Assembly: GCF_009914755.1 (NCBI RefSeq)
Contig: NC_060944.1
Length of the DNA: 64,000 nucleotides
Direction: 5' to 3' (one strand)
Source: the human T2T-CHM13v2.0 reference genome, Homo sapiens
The position numbers and the translations under genes were made by a program. This document shows positions 12,448 to 27,400 of this stretch, in pieces. Position 1 is the stretch's first letter; each line of letters opens with the position of its first letter. The notes under the pieces were generated by a model. The model was not told where the DNA came from, did no database searches, and saw only the letters and a list, made by a program, of their open reading frames with translations.

Positions 12448-15400
12448 CAAAGCAAGTGGAATGGAAAGGATTGGTATAGAATAGAATGGAAAGGAATGGA
12501 ATGGAAACATCAAGACTGGAATGTAATGCAATAGATTGGAATAGATTCGAATGGAATCCACCCGAGTGCAATGAAATGGAATGGAATGGAATGGAAACAA
12601 CACGAGTGGAATGGAATGGAAAGGAATGGAACGGAATGGAATGGAATGCAATGGAATGGAATAGATTGGAATGGAATGGAATGCAGTCAACCCGAGTGGA
12701 ATGGTATGGAATCTCATGGAATGGAATGCAATCAAATCAACTGGAATTGATTGCATAGGAATGTAATGGAATGGAATGGAATCAACACGAGTGGAATGCA
12801 ATGGAATGGAATGGAATGGAATGGAATGAAATGTAATCATACTGTGTGGAACGGAATGGAATGGAATGGAATGGTGTCAACCCGAGTGGAATGGAATGGA
12901 ATGGAATGGAATGGAATGGAATGGAATGGAATGGAATGGATTGGAATGGAATGAAATGGAATGGAGTCAACCCGAATGGAATGGAATCGAAAGGTATCAA
13001 CCCGACTGGAATGGAATGGAAAGGAATGGAATGGAATGGAATGGATTGGAATGGAATCAACATGAGTGGAAGGGAAAGGAATTGAATGTAATGAAGTAGA
13101 ATGGAATGCAATCAAAGCAAGTGGAATGGAAAGGATTGGTATAGAATAGAATGGAAAGGAATGGAATGGAAACAAAAAGACTGGAATGTAATGCAATAGA
13201 TTGGAATCGATTGGAATGGAATCCACCCGAGTGCAATGAAATGGAATGGAATGGAATGGAAATAACACGAGTGGAATGGAATGGAATGGAATAGAATGGA
13301 ATGGAAACAAACTGAGTGGAATGGAATGGAATTGAATGGAATTGAATTGAATGGAATGGAATGGAATGGAATCAAATCGAATGGAATTGAATGGAATGGA
13401 TTGGAATGGAAACAAACCATTTGGAATGGAATGGAATGGATTGGAATGGAATGGAATGTATTGGAATGGAATGGAATGGAATGGAATCAAACTGAGTGGA
13501 ATGGAATGGATTGGAATGGAATGGAATGGAATGGAATGAAATGAAATCAACCCTATTGGAATGGGATGGAATGGAATGGAATGGAATCGAAAGGAATGGA
13601 ATGGCATGGAATCAACCGGACTGAAATGGAATGCAATGGAATGGAATGGAATGGAATGGAGTGGAATGGAATGGATGGAATGGAATCTACCCGAGTTGAA
13701 TGTAATGGAATCGAAAGCAATGGAATTCAATGGAATGGAAAGGAACGGAATGGAATGGAATGGAATGGAATGGAATGGAATCAAACCAAGTAGAATGAAA
13801 TGGAAAGGAATGGATTGGAATCGAATGGAAAGGAATGGAATGGAAGCAAGCCGAGTGGAAGGAAATGGAATCGATTGGAATGGAATGGAATGGAATCCAC
13901 CCGAGTGCAATGGAACGGAATGCAATGGTATGGATTGGAATGGAATAAACAAGAGTGGATTGGAACGGAATGGAATGGAGTGGAATGGAGTGGAATGGAA
14001 TGGAATCCACCCGAGTGGAATGGAATGGAATGGAATGGAATACAATGCAATGGAATGGAACCAATAAGAGTGGAATGGATTGGAATGGAATGGAGTGGAA
14101 TGAAACGGAATGGAATCAACCAGAGTGGAATGCAATGGAATGGAATGGAATGGAATAGAATGGAATGGAATGGAATGAAATGAAATTGAAACAATCCGCG
14201 TGGAATGGAATAGAATGGAATGGAAAAAAACTGAGTGGAATGGAATGGAATGGAATGGAATGGAATGGAATGGAATGGAATGGAATGGAATCAACCAGAA
14301 TGGAATTGAATGGAATGGATTGGAATGGAAACAAACCGTTTAGAATGGAATGGAATGGATTGGAATGGAATGGAATGGATTGGAATGGAATGGAATGGAA
14401 TGGAAACAAACCGTTTGGAATGGAATGGAATGGATTGGAATGGAATGGAATGGATTGGAATGGAATGGAATGCAATGGAATCAACCTGAGTGGAATGGAA
14501 TGGATTGGAAAGGAATATAATGGCAAGGAAAGGAATGGAATGAAATGAACCCGATTGGAATGGGATGGAATGGAATGGAATGAAATGGAAAGGAATGGAA
14601 TGGCATGGAATCAACCGGACTGCAATGGAATGGAATGGAATGGAATGGAATGGAATGGAATGGATGGAATGGAATCAACCTGAGTGGAATGGAATGGAAT
14701 GGAATGGTAAGGAATCAAACCAAGTGGAATGGAAAGGAATCGAATGGAATGCAATGGAACGGAATCAACCCAAGTGGAAAGGAATGGAATGGAATGGATT
14801 CGAATGGAATGGAATGGAATGCAGTCAACCCGAGTGGAATGGTGTGGAATCTCATGGAATGGAATGCAATCAACCCAACTGGAATTGAATGCAAAGGAAT
14901 GTAATGGAATGGAATGGAATCAACACGAGTGGAATGCAATGGAATGGAATGGAATGGAATGGAATGGAATGGAATGGAATGGAATGAAATGTAATCATAC
15001 TGTGTGGAACGGAATGGAATGGACTGGAATGGAATAAATCTGACTGGTATTGAAAGGAATATGTTGGAATAGAATGGAATGGATTGGAATGGAATGCAAT
15101 GGAATGGAATGGAATGGAATGGAATGGAATGGAATGGAATAGAATGGAATGAAATCAACCTGAGTGGAATGGAATGGAATGGAATGGAAAGGAATCAAAC
15201 CAAGTGGAATGGAAACGAATCGAATGGAATGCAATGGAATGGAATTAACCCAAGTGGAAAGGAATGGAATGGAATGGATTCGAATGGAATGGAATGGAAT
15301 GCAGTCAACCCGAGTGGAATGGTATGGAATCTCATGGAATGGAATGCAATCAAATCAACTGGAATTGAATGCAAAGGAATGGAATGGAATGGAATGGAAT

Positions 15401-16359
15401 CAACACGAGTGGAATGCAATGGAATGGAATGGAATGGAATGGAATGAAATGTAATCATACTGTGTGGAATGGAATGGAATGGAATGGAATGGAATGGAGT
15501 CAACCTGAGTGGAATGGAATGGAATGGAATGGAATGGAATGGAATGGAATGGAATGGAATGGATTGGAATGGAATGAAATGGAATGGAGTCAACCCGAAT
15601 GGAATGGAATGGAAAGGTATCAACCCGACTGGAATGGAATGGAAAGGAATGGAATGGAATGGAATGGATTGCAATGGAATCAACATGAGTGGAAGGGAAA
15701 GGAATTGAATGTAATGAAGTAGAATGGAATGGAATCAAAGCAAGTGGAATGGAAAGGATTGGTATAGAATAGAATGGAAAGGAATGGAATGGAAACATCA
15801 AGACTGGAATGTAATGAAATAGATTGGAATCGATTGGAATGGAATCCACCCGAGTGCAATGAAATGGAATGGAATGGAATGGAAATAACACGAGTGGAAT
15901 GGAATGGAATGGAATAGAATGGAATGGAAACAAACTGAGTGGAATGGAATGGAATTGAATGGAATTGAATTGAATGGAATGGAATGGAATGGAATCAACT
16001 CGAATGGAATTGAATGGAATGGATTGGAATGGAATGGAATGTATTGGAATGGAATGGAATGGAATGGAATCAAACTGAGTGGAATGGAATGGATTGGAAT
16101 GGAATGGAATGGAATGGAATGAAATGAAATCAACCCTATTGGAATGGGATGGAATGGAATGGAATGGATTCGAAAGGAATGGAATGGCATGGAATCAACC
16201 GGACTGAAATGGAATGCAATGGAATGGAATGGAATGGAATGGAATGGAATGGAATGGAATGGATGGAATGGAATCTACCCGAGTTGAATGTAATGGAATC
16301 GAAAGCAATGGAATGGAATGGAATGGAATGGAATGGAATGGAATGGAATGGAATGGAAT

Positions 16360-17085
16360 CAAACCAAGTAGAATGAAATGGAAAGGAATGGATTGGAATC
16401 AAATGGAAAGGAATGGAATGGAAGCAAGCCGAGTGGAAGGAAATGGAATCGATTGGAATGGTATGGAATGGAATCCACCCGAGTGCAATGGAACGGAATG
16501 CAATGGTATGGAATGGAATGGAATAAACAAGAGTGGATTGGAACGGAATGGAATGGAGTGGAATGCAGTGGAATGGAATCTAATCCACCCGAGTGGAATG
16601 GAATGGAATTGAATGGAATACAATGCAATGGAATGCAACCAATAAGAGTGGAATGGATTGGAATGGAATGGAGTGGAATGAAACGGAATGGAATCAACCA
16701 GAGTGGAATAGAATGGAATGGAATGGAATGGAATGGAATCAAACCAAGTAGAATGAAATGGAAAGGAATGGATTGGAATCGAATGGGAAGGAATGGAATG
16801 GAAGCAAGCCGAGTGGAAGGAAATGGAATCGATTGGAATGGAATGGAATGGAATCCACCCGAGTGCAATGGAACGGAATGCAATGGTATGGATTGGAATG
16901 GAATAAACAAGAGTGGATTGGAACGGAATGGAGTGGAATGGAGTGGAATGGAATGGAATCCACCCGAGTGGAATGGAATGGAATGGAATGGAATACAATG
17001 CAATGGAATGGAACCAATAAGAGTGGAATGGATTGGAATGGAATGCAGTGGAATGAAACGGAATGGAATCAACCAGAGTGGAATG
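16360..17085 (+). repeat. ~380 bp tandem duplication of the CAAACCAAGTAG...GAAGCAAGCCGAGT...AATAAACAAGAG module
   Basis: Module starts at ~16360 and ~16740. It is doubled in every 7.1 kb unit but single at ~13782 and ~36573. Confidence 0.85.
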
Positions 17086-20000
17086 GAATGGAATGGAATG
17101 GAATGGAATGGAATGGAATGAAATGAAATTGAAACAATCCGCGTGGAATGGAATAGAATGGAATGGAAAAAAACTGAGTGGAATGGAATGGAATGGAATG
17201 GAATGGAATGGAATGGAATCAACCAGAATGGAATTCAATGGAATGGATTGGAATGGAAACAAACCGTTTGGAACCCAATGGAATGGATTGGAATTGAATG
17301 GAATGGATTGGAATGGAATGGAATGGAATGGAAACAAACCGTTTGGAATGGAATGGAATGGATTGGAATGGAATGGAATGGATTGGAATGGAATGGAATG
17401 CAATGGAATCAACCTGAGTGGAATGGAATGGATTGGAAAGGAATGGAATGGAATGGAAAGGAATGGAATGAAATGAACACGATTGGAATGGGACGGAATG
17501 GAATGGAATGAAATGAAAAGGAATGGAATGGCATGGAATCAACCGGACTGCAATGGAATGGAATGGAATGGAATGGAATGGAATGGAATGGAATGGAATG
17601 AAATGGATGGAATGGAATCAACCTGAGTGGAATGGAATGGAATGGAATGGTAAGGAATCAAACCAAGTGGAATGGAAAGGAATCGAATGGAATGCAATGG
17701 AACGGAATCAACCCAAGTGGAAAGGAATGGAATGGAATGGATTCGAATGGAATGGAATGGAATGCAGTCAACCCGAGTGGAATGGTGTGGAATCTCATGG
17801 AATGGAATGCAATCAACCGAACTGGAATTGAATGCAAAGGAATGTAATGGAATGGAATGGAATCAACACGAGTGGAATGCAATGTAATGGAATGGAATGG
17901 AATGGAATGGAATGGAATGGAATGGAATGGAATGAAATGTAATCATACTGTGTGGAACGGAATGGAATGGACTGGAATGGAATAAATCCGACTGGTATTG
18001 AAAGGAATATGTTGGAATAGAATGGAATGGATTGGAATGGAATGCAATGGAACGGAATGGAATGGAATGGAATGGAATGGAATGAAATCAACCTGAGTGG
18101 AATGGAATGGAATGGAATGGAAAGGAATCAAACCAAGTGGAATGGAAACGAATCGAATGGAATGCAATGGAATGGAATTAACCCAAGTGGAAAGGAATGG
18201 AATGGAATGGATTTGAATGGAATGGAATGGAATGCAGTCAACCCGAGTGAAATGGTATGGAATCTCATGGAATGGAATGCAATCAAATCAACTGGAATTG
18301 AATGCAAAGGAATGTAATGGAATGGAATGGAATCAACACGAGTGGAATGCAATGGAATGGAATGGAATGGAATGAAATGTAATCATACTGTGTGGAATGG
18401 AATGGAATGGAATGGAGTCAACCTGAGTGGAATGGAATGGAATGGAATGGAATGGAATGGAATGGAATGGAATGGAATGGAATGGAATGGATTGGAATGG
18501 ATTGGAATGGAAAGAAATGGAATGGAGTCAACACGAATGGAATGGAATGGAAAGGTATCAACCCGACTGGAATGGAATGGAAAGGAATGGAATGGAATGG
18601 AATGGATTGCATTGGAATCAACATGAGTGGAAGGGAAAGGAATTGAATGTAATGAAGTAGAATGGAATGGAATCAAAGCAAGTGGAATGGAAAGGATTGC
18701 TATAGAATAGAATGGAAAGGAATGGAATGGAAACATCAAGACTGGAATGTAATGCAATAGATTGGAATCGATTGGAATGGAATCCACCCGAGTGCAATGA
18801 AATGGAATGGAATGGAATGGAAATAACACTAGTGGAATGGAATGGAATGGAATGGAATGGATTGGAATGGAATGGAATCGAATGGAATCAACCTGAGTGG
18901 ATTGGAATGGATTGGAATGGAATGGAATGGAATGAACCCGATTGTAATGGAATGGAATGGAATGGAATGGAATGGAATGGAATGGAATGGAATGGAATGG
19001 ATTGGATTCAACCCGAGGGGAATGGAATGGAATGGAGTGGAATGGAATGGAATGGAATGGAATGAAATGGAATGGAATGTTACCAAATTGTGTGGAATGG
19101 AACAGAATGGAATGGAATTGACTGGAATCAAACCGAGTAGAATGTAAAGGAATGGAATGGAACGTTAATAAACAGAGTGTAATGGAATGGAATGTAACGG
19201 ATTGTAATCGAATGGAATGGAATGGAATGGAATCAAAGCGAGTGGAATGCAATGGAATGGTTTGGAATGGAATGGAATGGAATTGAATGGAATTACCCCG
19301 AGTGAAATGGCATGGAAAGGAACGGAATACAATTTAATGGAATGGAATGGAATCAACCCGAGTGGAATGGAATGGAATGGAATGGAATACAATGCAATGG
19401 AATGGAACCAATAAGAGTGGAATGGATTGGAATGGAATGGAGTGGAATGAAACGGAATGGAATCAACCAGAGTGGAATGGAATGGAATGGAAAGGAATGG
19501 AATGGAATGAAGTGAAATTGTAACAATCCACGTGGAATGGAATAGAATGGAATGGAAACAAACTGAGTGGAATGGAATGGAATGGAATGGAATGGAATGG
19601 AATGGAATGGAATGAAATGTAATCATACTGTGTGGAACGGAATGGAATGGAATGGAATGGAGTCAACCCGAGTGGAATGGAATGGAATGGAATGGAATGG
19701 AATGGAATGGAATGGAATGGAATGGATTGGAATGGAATGAAATGGAATGGAGTCAACCCGACTGGAATGGAATGGAAAGGAATGAAATGGAATGGAATGG
19801 ATTGCAATGGAATCAACATGAGTGGAAGGGAAAGGAATTCAATGTAATGAAGTAGAATGGAATGGAATCAAAGCAAGTGGAATGGAAAGGATTGGTATAG
19901 AATAGAATGGAAAGGAATGGAATGGAAACATCAAGACTGGAATGTAATGCAATAGATTGGAATCGATTCGAATGGAATCCACCCGAGTGCAATGAAATGG

Positions 20001-20519
20001 AATGGAATGGAAAGGAAACAACAAGAGTGGAATGGAATGGAATGGAATGGAATGGAATGGAATGGAATGGAATGGAATGGAATGGAATGGAATGGAATCG
20101 AATGGATTGGAATGGAATGGAATCGAATGGAATCAACCTGAGTGGAATGGAATGGATTGGAATGGAATCGAATGGAATGAACCCGATTGTAATGGAATGG
20201 AATGGAAAGGAATGGAATGGAATGGAATGGAATGGATTGGATTCAACCCGAGGAGAATGGAATGGAATGGAGTGGAATGGAATGGAATGGAATGGAATGG
20301 AATGGAATGGAATGTTATCAAATTGTGTGGAATGGAACAGAATGGAATGGAATTGACTGGAATCAAACCGAGTAGAATGTAAAGGAATGGAATGGAACTT
20401 TATTAAACAGAGTGTAATGGAATGGAATGTAACGGATTGTAATCGAGTGGAATGGAATGGAATGGAATCAAACCGAGTGGAATGCAATGGAATGGTTTGG
20501 AATGGAATGGAATGGAATT

Positions 20520-21400
20520 GAATGGAATTATCCCGAGTGAAATGGCATGGAAAGGAACGGAATACAATTTAATGGAATGGAATGGAATCAACCCGAGTGG
20601 AATGGAATGGAATGGAATGGAATACAATGCAATGGAATGGAACCAATAAGAGTGGAATGGATTGGAATGGAATGGAGGGGAATGAAACGGAATGGAATCC
20701 ACCAGAGTGGAATGGAATGGAATGGAAAGGAATGGAATGGAATGAAATGAAATTGAAACAATCCGCGTGGAATGGAATAGAATAGAATGGAAACAAACTG
20801 AGTGGAATGGAATGGAATGGAATGGAATGGAATGGAATGGAATGGAATGGAATGCAATGGAATGGAATCAACTCGAATGGAATTGAATGGAATGGATTGG
20901 AATGGAAACAAACCATTTGGAATGGAATGGAATGGATTGGAATGGAATGGAATGGATTGGAATGGAATGGAATGGAATTGAATGGAATTACCCCGAGTGA
21001 AATGGCATGGAAAGGAACGGAATACAATTTAATGGAATGGAATGGAATCAACCCGAGTGGAATGGAATGGAATGGAATGGAATACAATGCAATGGAATGG
21101 AACCAATAAGAGTGGAATGGATTGGAATGGAATGGAGTGGAATGAAACGGAATGGAATCAACCAGAGTGGAATGGAATGGAATGGAATAGAATGGAATGG
21201 AATGAAATGAAACTGAAACAATCCGCGTGGAATGGAATAGAACGGAATGCAAACAAACTGAGTGGAATGGAATGGAATGGAATGGAATGCAGTGGAATGG
21301 AATGGAATGGAATGGAATCAACTCGAATGGAATTGAATGGAATGGATTGGAATGGAAACAAACCGTTTGGAATGGAATGGAATGGATTGGAATGGAATGG
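20520..21400 (+). repeat. ~460 bp tandem duplication of the ATTA(C/T)CCCGAGTGAAATGGCATGG...CCAATAAGAG...AAACAAACTGAG module
   Basis: Module at ~20527 and ~20987. Repeated in equivalent positions at ~27.7/28.1, 43.3/43.8, 50.5/50.9 and 57.6/58.0 kb. Confidence 0.8.
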
Positions 21401-24400
21401 AATGGATTGGAATGGAATGCAATGGAATGGAATGGAGTCAACCTGAGTGGAATGGAATGGATTGGAATGGAATGGAATGGAATGGAATAGAATGAAATGA
21501 ACCCGATTGGAATGGGATGGAATGGAATGGAATGGAATGGAAAGGAATGGAATGGCATGGAATAAACCGGACTGCAATGGAATGGAATGGAATGGAATCC
21601 ACCCGAGTGCAATGGAACGGAATGCAATGGTATGGATTGGAATGGAATAAACAAGAGTGGATTGGAACGGAATGGAATGCAATGGAATGGAATGGAATGG
21701 AGTGGAATGGAATGGAATGGAATGAAATGGAATGGAATGGAATGGATGGAATGGAATCAACCTGAGTGGAATGGAATGGAATGGAATGGTAAGGAATCAA
21801 ACCAAGTGGAATGGAAAGGAATCGAATGGAATGCAATGGAACGGAATCAACCCAAGTGGAAAGGAATGGAATGGAATGGATTCGAATGGAATGGAATAGA
21901 ATGCAGTCAACCCGAGTGGAATGGTGTGGAATCTCATGGAATGGAATGCAATCAACCCAACTGGAATTGAATGCAAAGGAATGTAATGGAATGGAATGGA
22001 ATCAACACGAGTGGAATGCAATGGAATGGAATGGAATGGAATGGAATGGAATGGAATGGAATGGAATGAAATGTAATCATACTGTGTGGAACGGAATGGA
22101 ATGGACTGGAATGGAATAAATCTGACTGGTATTGAAAGGAATATGTTGGAATAGAATGGAATGGATTGGAATGGAATGCAATGGAATGGAATGGAATGGA
22201 ATGGAATGGAATGGAATGGAATGGAATAGAATGGAATGAAATCAACCTGAGTGGAATGGAATGGAATGGAATGGAAAGGAATCAAAACAAGTGGAATGGA
22301 AACGATTCGAATGGAATGCAATGGAATGGAATTAACCCAAGTGGAAAGGAATGGAATGGAATGGATTCGAATGGAATGGAATGGAATGCAGTCAACCCGA
22401 GTGGAATGGTATGGAATCTCATGGAATGGAATGCAATCAAATCAACTGGAATTGAATGCAAAGGAATGGAATGGAATGGAATGGAATCAACACGAGTGGA
22501 ATGCAATGGAATGGAATGGAATGGAATGGAATGAAATGTAATCATACTGTGTGGAATGGAATGGAATGGAATGGAATGGAATGGAGTCAACCTGAGTGGA
22601 ATGGAATGGAATGGAATGGAATGGAATGGAATGGAATGGAATGGATTGGAATGGAATGAAATGGAATGGAGTCAACCCGAATGGAATGGAATGGAAAGGT
22701 ATCAACCCGACTGGAATGGAATGGAAAGGAATGGAATGGAATGGAATGGATTGCAATGGAATCAAAATGAGTGGAAGGGAAAGGAATTGAATGTAATGAA
22801 GTAGAATGGAATGGAATCAAAGCAAGTGGAATGGAAAGGATTGGTATAGAATAGAATGGAAAGGAATGGAATGGAAACATCAAGACTGGAATGTAATGAA
22901 ATAGATTGGAATCGATTGGAATGGAATCCACCCGAGTGCAATGAAATGGAATGGAATGGAATGGAAATAACACGAGTGGAATGGAATGGAATGGAATAGA
23001 ATGGAATGGAAACAAACTGAGTGGAATGGAATGGAATTGAATGGAATTGAATTGAATGGAATGGAATGGAATGGAATCAACTCGAATGGAATTGAATGGA
23101 ATGGATTGGAATGGAATGGAATGTATTGGAATGGAATGGAATGGAATGGAATCAAACTGAGTGGAATGGAATGGATTGGAATGGAATGGAATGGAATGGA
23201 ATGAAATGAAATCAACCATATTGGAATGGGATGGAATGGAATGGAATGGATTCGAAAGGAATGGAATGGCATGGAATCAACCGGACTGAAATGGAATGCA
23301 ATGGAATGGAATGGAATGGAATGGAATGGAATGGAATGGAATGGATGGAATGGAATCTACCCGAGTTGAATGTAATGGAATCGAAAGCAATGGAATTCAA
23401 TGGAATGGAATGGAATGGAATGGAATGGAATGGAATGGAATGGAATGGAATGGAATGGAATCAAACCAAGTAGAATGAAATGGAAAGGAATAGATTGGAA
23501 TCAAATGGAAAGGAATGGAATGGAAGCAAGCCGAGTGGAAGGAAATGGAATCGATTGGAATGGTATGGAATGGAATCCACCCGAGTGCAATGGAACGGAA
23601 TGCAATGGTATGGATTGGAATGGAATAAACAAGAGTGGATTGGAACGGAATGGAATGGAGTGGAATGGAGTGGAATGGAATCTAATCCACCCGAGTGGAA
23701 TGGAATGGAATTGAATGGAATACAATGCAATGGAATGGAACCAATAAGAGTGGAATGGATTGGAATGGAATGGAGTGGAATGAAACGGAATGGAATCAAC
23801 CAGAGTGGAATAGAATGGAATGGAATGGAATGGAATGGAATGGAATGGAATGGAATGGAATGGAATGGAATCAAACCAAGTAGAATGAAATGGAAAGGAA
23901 TGGATTGGAATCGAATGGAAAGGAATGGAATGGAAGCAAGCCGAGTGGAAGGAAATGGAATCGATTGGATTGGAATGGAATGGAATGGAATCCACCCGAG
24001 TGCAATGGAACGGAATGCAATGGTATGGATTGGAATGGAATAAACAAGAGTGGATTGGAACGGAATGGAGTGGAATGGAGTGGAATGGAATGGAATCCAC
24101 CCGAGTGGAATGGAATGGAATGGAATGGAATGGAATACAATGCAATGGAATGGAACCAATAAGAGTGGAATGGATTGGAATGGAATGCAGTGGAATGAAA
24201 CGGAATGGAATCAACCAGAGTGGAATGGAATGGAATGGAATGGAATGGAATGGAATGGAATGGAATGAAATGAAATTGAAACAATCCGCATGGAATGGAA
24301 TAGAGTGGAATGGAAAAAAACTGAGTGGAATGGAATGGAATGGAATGGAATGGAATGGAATGGAATGGAATCAACCAGAATGGAATTCAATGGAATGGAT

Positions 24401-27400
24401 TGGAATGGAAACAAACCGTTTGGAACCCAATGGAATGGATTGGAATGGAATGGAATGGATTGGAATGGAATGGAATGGAATGGATAGGAATGGAATGGAA
24501 TGGAATGGAAACAAACCGTTTGGAATGGAATGGAATGGATTGGAATGGAATGGAATGGATTGGAATGGAATGGAATGCAATGGAATCAACCTGAGTGGAA
24601 TGGAATGGATTGGAAAGGAATGGAATGGAATGGAAAGGAATGGAATGAAATGAACACGATTGGAATGGGACGGAATGGAATGGAATGAAATGGAAAGGAA
24701 TGGAATGGCATGGAATCAACCGGACTGCAATGGAATGGAATGGAATGGAATGGAATGGAATGGATGGAATGGAATCAACCTGAGTGGAATGGAATGGAAT
24801 GGAATGGTAAGGAATCAAACCAAGTGGAATGGAAAGGAATCGAATGGAATGCAATGGAACGGAATCAACCCAAGTGGAAAGGAATGGAATGGAATGGATT
24901 CGAATGGAATGGAATGGAATGCAGTCAACCCGAGTGGAATGGTGTGGAATCTCATGGAATGGAATGCAATCAACCGAACTGGAATTGAATGCAAAGGAAT
25001 GTAATGGAATGGAATGGAATCAACACGAGTGGAATGCAATGTAATGGAATGGAATGGAATGGAATGGAATGGAATGGAATGGAATGGAATGGAATGAAAT
25101 GTAATCATACTGTGTGGAACGGAATGGAATGGACTGGAATGGAATAAATCCGACTGGTATTGAAAGGAATATGTTGGAATAGAATGGAATGGATTGGAAT
25201 GGAATGCAATGGAACGGAATGGAATGGAATGGAATGGAATGGAATGAAATCAACCTGAGTGGAATGGAATGGAATGGAATGGAAAGGAATCAAACCAAGT
25301 GGAATGGAAACGAATCGAATGGAATGCAATGGAATGGAATTAACCCAAGTGGAAAGGAATGGAATGGAATGGATTTGAATGGAATGGAATGGAATGCAGT
25401 CAACCCGAGTGGAATGGTATGGAATCTCATGGAATGGAATGCAATCAAATCAACTGGAATTGAATGCAAAGGAATGTAATGGAATGGAATGGAATCAACA
25501 CGAGTGGAATGCAATGGAATGGAATGGAATGGAATGAAATGTAATCATACTGTGTGGAATGGAATGGAATGGAATGGAGTCAACCTGAGTGGAATGGAAT
25601 GGAATGGAATGGAATGGAATGGAATGGAATGGAATGGAATGGATTGGAATGGAAAGAAATGGAATGGAGTCAACACGAATGGAATGGAATGGAAAGGTAT
25701 CAACCCGACTGGAATGGAATGGAAAGGAATGGAATGGAATGGAATGGATTGCATTGGAATCAACATGAGTGGAAGGGAAAGGAATTGAATGTAATGAAGT
25801 AGAATGGAATGGAATCAAAGCAAATGGAATGGAAAGGATTGCTATAGAATAGAATGGAAAGGAATGGAATGGAAACATCAAGACTGGAATGTAATGCAAT
25901 AGATTGGAATCGATTGGAATGGAATCCACCCGAGTGCAATGAAATGGAATGGAATGGAATGGAAATAACACTAGTGGAATGGAATGGAATGGAATGGAAT
26001 GGATTGGAATGGAATGGAATCGAATGGAATCAACCTGAGTGGATTGGAATGGATTGGAATGGAATGGAATGGAATGAACCCGATTGTAATGGAATGGAAT
26101 GGAATGGAATGGAATGGAATGGAATGGAATGGAATGGATTGGATTCAACCCGAGGGGAATGGAATGGAATGGAGTGGAATGGAATGGAATGGAATGGAAT
26201 GAAATGGAATGGAATGTTACCAAATTGTGTGGAATGGAACAGAATGGAATGGAATTGACTGGAATCAAACCGAGTAGAATGTAAAGGAATGGAATGGAAC
26301 GTTAATAAACAGAGTGTAATGGAATGGAATGTAACGGATTGTAATCGAATGGAATGGAATGGAATGGAATCAAAGCGAGTGGAATGCAATGGAATGGTTT
26401 GGAATTCAATGGAATGGAATTGAATGGAATTACCCCGAGTGAAATGGCATGGAAAGGAACGGAATACAATTTAATGGAATGGAATGGAATCAACCCGAGT
26501 GGAATGGAATGGAATGGAATGGAATACAATGCAATGGAATGGAACCAATAAGAGTGGAATGGATTGGAATGGAATGGAGTGGAATGAAACGGAATGGAAT
26601 CAACCAGAGTGGAATGGAATGGAATGGAAAGGAATGGAATGGAAGGAAGTGAAATTGTAACAATCCACGTGGAATGGAATAGAATGGAATGGAAACAAAC
26701 TGAGTGGAATGGAATGGAATGGAATGGAATGGAATGGAATAGAATGGAATGGAATGCAATGGAATGGAATGAAATGTAATCATACTGTGTGGAACGGAAT
26801 GGAATGGAATGGAATGGAGTCAACCCGAGTGTAATGGAATGGAATGGAATGGAATGGAATGGAATGGAATGGAATGGAATGGATTGGAATGGAATGAAAT
26901 GGAATGGAGTCAACCCGACTGGAATGGAATGGAAAGGAATGGAATGGAATGGAATGGATTGCAATGGAATCAACATGAGTGGAAGGGAAAGGAATTCAAT
27001 GTAATGAAGTAGAATGGAATGGAATCAAAGCAAGTGGAATGGAAAGGATTGGTATAGAATAGAATGGAAAGGAATGGAATGGAAACATCAAGACTGGAAT
27101 GTAATGCAATAGATTGGAATCGATTCGAATGGAATCCACCCGAGTGCAATGAAATGGAATGGAATGGAAAGGAAACAACAAGAGTGGAATGGAATGGAAT
27201 GGAATGGAATGGAATGGAATCGAATGGATTGGAATGGAATGGAATCGAATGGAATCAACCTGAGTGGAATGGAATGGATTGGAATGGAATCGAATGGAAT
27301 GAACCCGATTGTAATGGAATGGAATGGAAAGGAATGGAATGGAATGGAATGGAATGGAATGGAATGGATTGGATTCAACCCGAGGGGAATGGAATGGAAT

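Noticed and set aside
12837-14294. 485 aa minus-strand ORF (also 35628-37085, 60481-61719) and all other ORFs
   Set aside because: (ATTCC)n and (GGAAT)n have no stop codon in any frame, so long ORFs are expected. ORF extents change between repeat copies with 5-bp slippage, and there is no domain-like sequence.
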